From: an uncultured archaeon
GTDB taxonomy: Archaea > Asgardarchaeota > Lokiarchaeia > Sigyniarchaeales > SOKP01
NCBI GenBank assembly: GCA_964388035.1
Contig: CAYLZE010000135.1
Location: forward strand, 1 to 12,788
Direction: 5' to 3'
Length of the DNA: 12,788 bases
Below the pieces are notes generated by a model. That model was given only the letters and a program-made list of their open reading frames with translations, searched no databases and had not been told where the DNA came from. How positions within the stretch are numbered: position 1 is the first letter of the stretch; every line of letters begins with the position of its first letter. The position numbers were made by a program, and so were the translations under genes. Shown piece after piece: positions 7,910-12,788 of this stretch.

Positions 7910-8710
7910 TTATCTAAAATAGGAATCTACAGGTCCTTTATCTTCTTCCATTCCTCGCTTCATGAAATTATCCGCTTGTCTTTTGAAATTATCTAAAATA
8001 CCTTGCATCTCATCAATTTTTTTATCTAATTCTTTAAAATCCATGTTAATTTTCAAATAATTATCCAAAAGGGTTACCAAAGCTTTAGAAGCCCTTGGAT
8101 CCAAACTCATCATGGGTAAAGGAATGGTTTCTGCTAACAAGCAGAACCCCGGAGCATAATTATTGGCATGAGCATATGCGGGTAGTATCCCGTTTGCACC
8201 CGCTATCACTCCACTCTCTAAAATCTTAGTATTTTCTTGTTCTAAAAAAGAATTAAGGAGATCAGGATCAGTACCACATATATGAACGAGCGGTGGGTCG
8301 GAAACTGAATCGGAAACTAAAGCTCCCATGCTCAAATACATTTTAATGTGACCATCGGTTAATTTATCCATTTCATCACAAAAAGTTTTAGAGAATTCAA
8401 AAACTCCTTTTGAAGATTCGGGTTGAAAATCTGCAGTAAGAAAAAAGAGATCGCTTGTTTCTCTTTGAATGTAAAAGACTTGAGCAGTAGGAAGTTCTAA
8501 AATGCCATTTTTGGCATTAGCTTTGGCGGGAAAATCAAAACATTCTATGGTATGCAGCAATTTAGCTCCGAGAAAGTCTTTTATAGAAGTAAGAGCTAAT
8601 TTTGCAACGAGGGCAATTCCGGGCCACCCTATTAACACCACAGGATTATTTAGTTCGTCCCTGTTTAATTCCATTTCTTTATGAATATGAATTTGAATAT
8701 CCACGTACAA
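7910..8710 (-). CDS. PAC2-family proteasome assembly chaperone
   Basis: LIGWPGIALVAKLA, DFQP, GVIAGANGIL, CLLAET, DPRASKAL, C-terminal coiled coil and aromatic C-terminus DSYFR. True start may be GTG at 8704 (SD-like GTGAT just upstream). Confidence 0.88.
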   Translation of the reverse strand: MYVDIQIHIHKEMELNRDELNNPVVLIGWPGIALVAKLALTSIKDFLGAKLLHTIECFDFPAKANAKNGILELPTAQVFYIQRETSDLFFLTADFQPESSKGVFEFSKTFCDEMDKLTDGHIKMYLSMGALVSDSVSDPPLVHICGTDPDLLNSFLEQENTKILESGVIAGANGILPAYAHANNYAPGFCLLAETIPLPMMSLDPRASKALVTLLDNYLKINMDFKELDKKIDEMQGILDNFKRQADNFMKRGMEEDKGPVDSYFR

Positions 8711-9041
8711 TCACTTTGTTATTTATTAATCACTAATAATTATAATTCCTTTAAATTATTTTGAATATAAGGCAAATAAACACTAAAGATTTACTACTTA
8801 TTATTCATTAATTTTCTGACACTAAGCCATTTCTGTAATTTAAAAACGATTAATTTTAAATTTAATAAACTTTTCTCATGCATTAGGATTTCATGTTTCT
8901 AAATCTCTGGAAGTGGTTCTGGTAAAAATAATTGAATTAGATTTTTATAGTAAGAATTAAATAATTATTTTTTCCTATTAATCATAGTCAGAAATTGAAT
9001 GAAGAATTCATGTTCAATAAAGAGAATCTCCTAAAGAAACC

Positions 9042-10937
9042 ATGCTTAAGCAAAAACCCATAACAAGACAAGTACCGAGTATATTTTCCTATTTGGAGAC
9101 TTTTTCTTCAAGATTAATGGCTTATTCAATCTTCTTTGGCGCCCCTTTATTAATTGCTCTTATCTCTACCTTACTTAGGAATTTAACTAATCATGTTTTT
9201 GATATTGAGTACTTGATCGAAATGTTTTTAATATTTTTTGGAAGTACTCTAATGGGAGTTTTAATCACGGAAATTTTATATGTTAGAAAAGCTCCCATTT
9301 TAAGATTACCTCCAAAAGGAGGCACGATTCAATTCAATACCTTTTTCGTGTCAGTTATTGGGGGATCGTATCTTTTTGGACAAATTACCTCCATATATTT
9401 CAAAAATATCACTTTTCAAGAGGTATTTCTCATGTTAGGTACGATAATTGCATATATTTTAGCATTTGTTATTTATTTCTCTTTCACTACCGTTGAAAAA
9501 AGTGGTTACCTCATCTTATCATTAACACAACCTGTTGCCATTCTTATTTTATATAGTATCTTTACGGAACAGGTTTCTATTCTTTTTTTCTTAAAAGCTA
9601 TTGTATTTTTTAGTAGTTGTGCGTTTATATTTTCAATTTTGTATGCAAGAAAATTATTTCACGTGAGCAATATTCATAAAGAAGCGACGGGAATTGTGGG
9701 TTATCGGTTTATCAGGGCATTTATCTTATCATTAATGACAGAAGGAAATGATGGACCTATTGAAAATATATTTGATCGCGTGGGAATAACTTCTAATGTT
9801 AAAATTCAATGTCTCATCACGAGAACCATCAAAACTAAGAAGATTAAAGGAATATTTTTCCTTCCAAATACCCATTTTGGTCCCTTTAAGACGTGTGGCT
9901 CCTCTGATCTGCCGGAGGTAATCTATAAAATGTTTAAAGACATCCCTGGTGCTACAGTATACCATACTACTAATGATCATTCTTTAAATCTAACTACCCA
10001 AGCCGAGGTGGATAAAATTGTAGATTCCTTGAAAAGAATAGTGGAAAGTGCGAGTAAGGATCAAGGTGAGGAATGGATACAAGAGATTCAAGATGTTACT
10101 CGAAAAATATCTAATTCTGCAAAACTTTTAGGAACAAGAATTGGTGACGTACCCATGATCTTTTTAACTAGGCATCCCCTACCGTCTGATGATATTGAGC
10201 AAGAAGTTGGAGAAAAAATTAGAGAAAAAGCCATATCTAATGGTTTTAGAGATGTAATGATTATTGACGCCCATAATTCCATCATTGGAGACGAAGTTTT
10301 AATTGAAAAAGAGAGTTTAGAGGCAAAGGAACTTATTAAAGTTTCTGAAAAATTTTTTAAAAGCCAGAAAACAAATGAATCTCCTAAGCATTTATTGTTA
10401 TATGGTGTTGCAAAGGATCCTTTAAATAACTTTTCTGAAAAAGATGGAATAGGTTACGGGGGAATGGTAGTACACTTATTTAAAAATTCCGTTACTAATC
10501 AAAAGACGGCTTTGATTCATTTTGACGCGAATAATGCTTACGTGGATATTAGGTCTTACATTTTAAACCTGTTGCAAAATAGAGGTATAGAAAGAGGAGA
10601 AATCACGACTTCCGATTCTCACACCGTTGCCAGGCAGTTTACTAGTAGAGGTTACTCTCCCTTAGGGGAGAGAATTACATTAGATTTCATTTTGGAAAAA
10701 CTTGCGGAATTGTTAAAAATAGCTGAAAGTAATCTAGAGCCCATAGAATTTTTATATAAGGATGAAATAGTAGAAAACGTAAGAATCTGGGGAAATAAAA
10801 AGTATTTTGATGTTATCATGGATACCTTACAAGAATGTATCAGAGTTTCTCAACGATTATTAACATTTAGTTTAATCATTCCTACATTTTTCTCGTTGAT
10901 TCTACTATTTTTCTACTATAATATTCAAATTTTATAA
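9042..10937 (+). CDS. DUF2070 family membrane protein (predicted neutral-ceramidase-superfamily lipid hydrolase)
   Basis: N-terminal multi-TM region (~200 aa); soluble domain with PNTHFGPF…GSSDLP, HTTNDHSLN, IIDAHNS, DANN, TTSDSH; single C-terminal TM. Confidence 0.85.
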   Translation: MLKQKPITRQVPSIFSYLETFSSRLMAYSIFFGAPLLIALISTLLRNLTNHVFDIEYLIEMFLIFFGSTLMGVLITEILYVRKAPILRLPPKGGTIQFNTFFVSVIGGSYLFGQITSIYFKNITFQEVFLMLGTIIAYILAFVIYFSFTTVEKSGYLILSLTQPVAILILYSIFTEQVSILFFLKAIVFFSSCAFIFSILYARKLFHVSNIHKEATGIVGYRFIRAFILSLMTEGNDGPIENIFDRVGITSNVKIQCLITRTIKTKKIKGIFFLPNTHFGPFKTCGSSDLPEVIYKMFKDIPGATVYHTTNDHSLNLTTQAEVDKIVDSLKRIVESASKDQGEEWIQEIQDVTRKISNSAKLLGTRIGDVPMIFLTRHPLPSDDIEQEVGEKIREKAISNGFRDVMIIDAHNSIIGDEVLIEKESLEAKELIKVSEKFFKSQKTNESPKHLLLYGVAKDPLNNFSEKDGIGYGGMVVHLFKNSVTNQKTALIHFDANNAYVDIRSYILNLLQNRGIERGEITTSDSHTVARQFTSRGYSPLGERITLDFILEKLAELLKIAESNLEPIEFLYKDEIVENVRIWGNKKYFDVIMDTLQECIRVSQRLLTFSLIIPTFFSLILLFFYYNIQIL

Positions 10938-10972
10938 CTTTTTTTACTCATTTTACCAAGAACCCCTTTTTT
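10938..10972 (+). terminator. Oligo-T tracts after DUF2070 (archaeal-type terminator candidate)
   Basis: T7 at 10939-10945 right after the TAA, and T6 at 10967-10972. Confidence 0.4.
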
Positions 10973-10979
10973 AGGTACT

Positions 10980-11011
10980 TTCGGGAAAATATTATCTTGA
11001 TATCACCCGAA
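10980..11011. promoter_or_regulatory. Inverted repeat upstream of the GTPase operon
   Basis: TTCGGG (10980-10985)-N20-CCCGAA (11006-11011), with inner ATATTA/TGATAT pairing and palindrome TGATATCA (10998-11005); ends 58 nt before the ATG at 11070. Confidence 0.4.
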
Positions 11012-11069
11012 TTAATATATCGCTTTGCCCTTATTTTTCTAAACTAAAATTGATATATTCGAAAACAAG

Positions 11070-11606
11070 ATGATTACTTCTGAAATCAATGATTTAATCA
11101 AGATTTCCTTAATCGGTCATCCTGCCGTGGGTAAAACTACTATTATGAAACTATTATCTCAATCTCAGATCGATAGAACTTATTTGCCAACCCAAGGTCT
11201 TGACCTAAAGACCTTACGTACGAAAGATTTTGCTTTAAAAATATGGGATTATGGCGGTCAATCCGGTTATTTAAAAACCTTACTGAAAGACACCTTAATG
11301 GGAACGGATCTAATCTTGATTGTTACTGATTCTACACCAAGAAACGTCTTGAATTCACGTACTTTAATCGATATCGCTAATGAGAGCGTGGAAGAAGACT
11401 GTAAAATTATCGCCATTGCTAATAAACAAGATCTGTGCGAATCCGATGGGAGAATGGCTCCTAATAGAGTGGAAAACGTTCTTCAAGTCAAAACTTATGG
11501 GCTAATAGCCATAGACCCTATAGAACGTGTAAAATTATTAAATATTTTAAATCAAGAATTAAAACAAGTATTAATAAGAAAGAGGTTGAAAGAAATTGAA
11601 CTTTAA
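11070..11606 (+). CDS. Ras-superfamily small GTPase (Arf/Rag-like, Asgard-type)
   Basis: G1 GHPAVGKTT, G2 YLPTQG, G3 IWDYGGQ, G4 ANKQD, atypical G5 (GLIAID). No N-terminal Gly2, no CaaX. Confidence 0.93.
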   Translation: MITSEINDLIKISLIGHPAVGKTTIMKLLSQSQIDRTYLPTQGLDLKTLRTKDFALKIWDYGGQSGYLKTLLKDTLMGTDLILIVTDSTPRNVLNSRTLIDIANESVEEDCKIIAIANKQDLCESDGRMAPNRVENVLQVKTYGLIAIDPIERVKLLNILNQELKQVLIRKRLKEIEL

Positions 11607-12162
11607 TCGGGAAGAAATTTTTGGTGCTTGTCTGATAGGTTTTGATATCATTGATGGCCCAGTACTCAAATGGAAGAATTTTCATGAAAAGAATACCAAA
11701 GTTAATTTAGATGAATTTGCCATGAATTTTTATCTGGCATTTCGAGGAGGTAATGCGGGCAAAAAGCCAAGGGCCATTCTATATGATGAATTTTACATTG
11801 TAGCTTTTCCGAATAATCTAGAGCTTTGTTGCTTGTTCATGAAACCTAAAGGCATTGAAGAAAATATCAAGGAATTAAATAAAATAGCCACCCGATTAAT
11901 CTTGGAGAAAGAGGAGTCAGAAGACGAAGGGAATGAGGAAAAAGGGGAAGATGAGGGGGGTTCAGATGAAGAAATTGTCGAAGAAGTAAGACGTTTAATT
12001 GTAAATCTATTGAATGATACTGAAATGTCAACTCCAGAACTAAAACGATATTTCAAACTTTCTAACTCACAAATATGGAAAATAATGTCAGATTTAGAGA
12101 ATTCCTTGAAAATAAAAAGAACGAGAAAAAAAGGAAGGAGTCAGATGTGGACAGCTAGTTAA
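11596..12162 (+). CDS. Longin/uDENN-like domain + acidic linker + winged helix-turn-helix protein
   Basis: N-terminal IFGACLIGFDIIDGPVLKW fits the uDENN/longin beta1-FD-x3-GP-beta2 pattern; then helix, three strands, helix; E/D/G-rich linker; C-terminal IVNLL…MSTPELKRYFKLSNSQIWKIMSDLE…IKR wHTH. TTG start with SD-like GAGGT (11582-11586); overlaps the GTPase by 11 nt. Confidence 0.8.
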   Translation: MNFNREEIFGACLIGFDIIDGPVLKWKNFHEKNTKVNLDEFAMNFYLAFRGGNAGKKPRAILYDEFYIVAFPNNLELCCLFMKPKGIEENIKELNKIATRLILEKEESEDEGNEEKGEDEGGSDEEIVEEVRRLIVNLLNDTEMSTPELKRYFKLSNSQIWKIMSDLENSLKIKRTRKKGRSQMWTAS

Positions 12163-12170
12163 ACTAGCAA

Positions 12171-12788
12171 TTAACGCGTTCTATATATCCAATCTTTAAG
12201 TTTTGTAAAATGACGGGAAAACATCATGTAACAGATATCAGGTAATTCTTTATCTTCATTATTAATCGTAATGTATCTTAATACATGATTAATCAAAAAT
12301 ATCCCTACTAACTCGATATGATAACTTCCGATATTCTGCGAGAGTTTGTTTCCGGAGAAACTTATATCCAGACCCTCATTACTCTTATAAGTTAATTCGA
12401 TAAATATCTCAGGAAATACTTCTTTTTTAATTCTCCATCCTTCTGTTGTTTTCCAAACTTTTGCTCCTAAAAAAGCGGCAAGGGCATCCTTATCCTTTTC
12501 TTTTAATAAATGAAAAGGGTCATTTCTTTGACTTAAAACTTTTTCCAATAATTTTGTTTTTGAATCATATTTAGTTTCAAAGGGTTTTTCATGCTTGAGT
12601 TTTCTTTCAATAAAAGCCATGAGGATATCAATATATGTAGCGCTATCTTCTCCGGGTATCCAAGAAATTCGCTCTCCCGAAAAATAAAATTTAAACTCTG
12701 CTTCAACGCCATCCCCAAATTCATCCCCAATATAGGTATAGGAAATATGAATGTTGGCTTCGGGAAACATTGCCACACTTATCGTCCA
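12171..12788 (-). CDS. 5'-truncated hypothetical protein with two tandem DUF3786-like units
   Basis: Frame is open to the window edge (TGG ACG ATA AGT GTG…), so GTG at 12776 is probably not the start. FP…GDEF…F pattern recalls DUF3786 (tentative). Internal repeat at 117-aa spacing. Confidence 0.8.
   Translation of the reverse strand, partial: WTISVAMFPEANIHISYTYIGDEFGDGVEAEFKFYFSGERISWIPGEDSATYIDILMAFIERKLKHEKPFETKYDSKTKLLEKVLSQRNDPFHLLKEKDKDALAAFLGAKVWKTTEGWRIKKEVFPEIFIELTYKSNEGLDISFSGNKLSQNIGSYHIELVGIFLINHVLRYITINNEDKELPDICYMMFSRHFTKLKDWIYRTR

Noticed and set aside
8999-9063. Short out-of-frame uORFs upstream of DUF2070 (ATG 8999, ATG 9010)
   Set aside because: Short and lacking an SD; expected by chance.
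3372-12778. Other short nested ORFs in the track (3372, 3919, 4958, 5153, 5257, 5743, 7260, 8502, 9732, 10088, 11793, 12533)
   Set aside because: All overlap longer motif-bearing genes and lack recognisable features.
1-12788. CRISPR array, tRNA/rRNA, transposase or integrase
   Set aside because: No regularly spaced repeats, cloverleaf, GC-rich RNA gene or recombinase/transposase motif seen.

Overview
AT-rich (roughly 30% GC by eye), gene-dense archaeal window. The gene set (DUF2070, PAC2-family chaperone, Arf/Rag-like small GTPase, longin/uDENN-like protein, frequent TTG/GTG starts) points to an Asgard archaeon, probably Lokiarchaeia-like; this is inference. In order: a Spinster-like MFS transporter with a ~280-aa soluble tail made of two ~111-aa helical repeats; two hypothetical helical proteins; a class I SAM methyltransferase; a Pol-beta-type nucleotidyltransferase; a FadH-like Fe-S flavoenzyme; a PAC2 chaperone; a DUF2070 membrane protein; a small GTPase overlapping a longin/uDENN-acidic linker-winged HTH protein; and a 5'-truncated protein with a tandem DUF3786-like repeat. 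Best candidate for an undescribed system: the coupled GTPase + longin-wHTH pair, either a minimal NPRL2/NPRL3-like architecture or a GTPase-gated transcription factor, with an inverted repeat upstream. Second: the MFS transporter with tandem MIT-like repeats. No rRNA, tRNA, CRISPR array or transposase was seen. All family assignments are by motif recognition, not database search.
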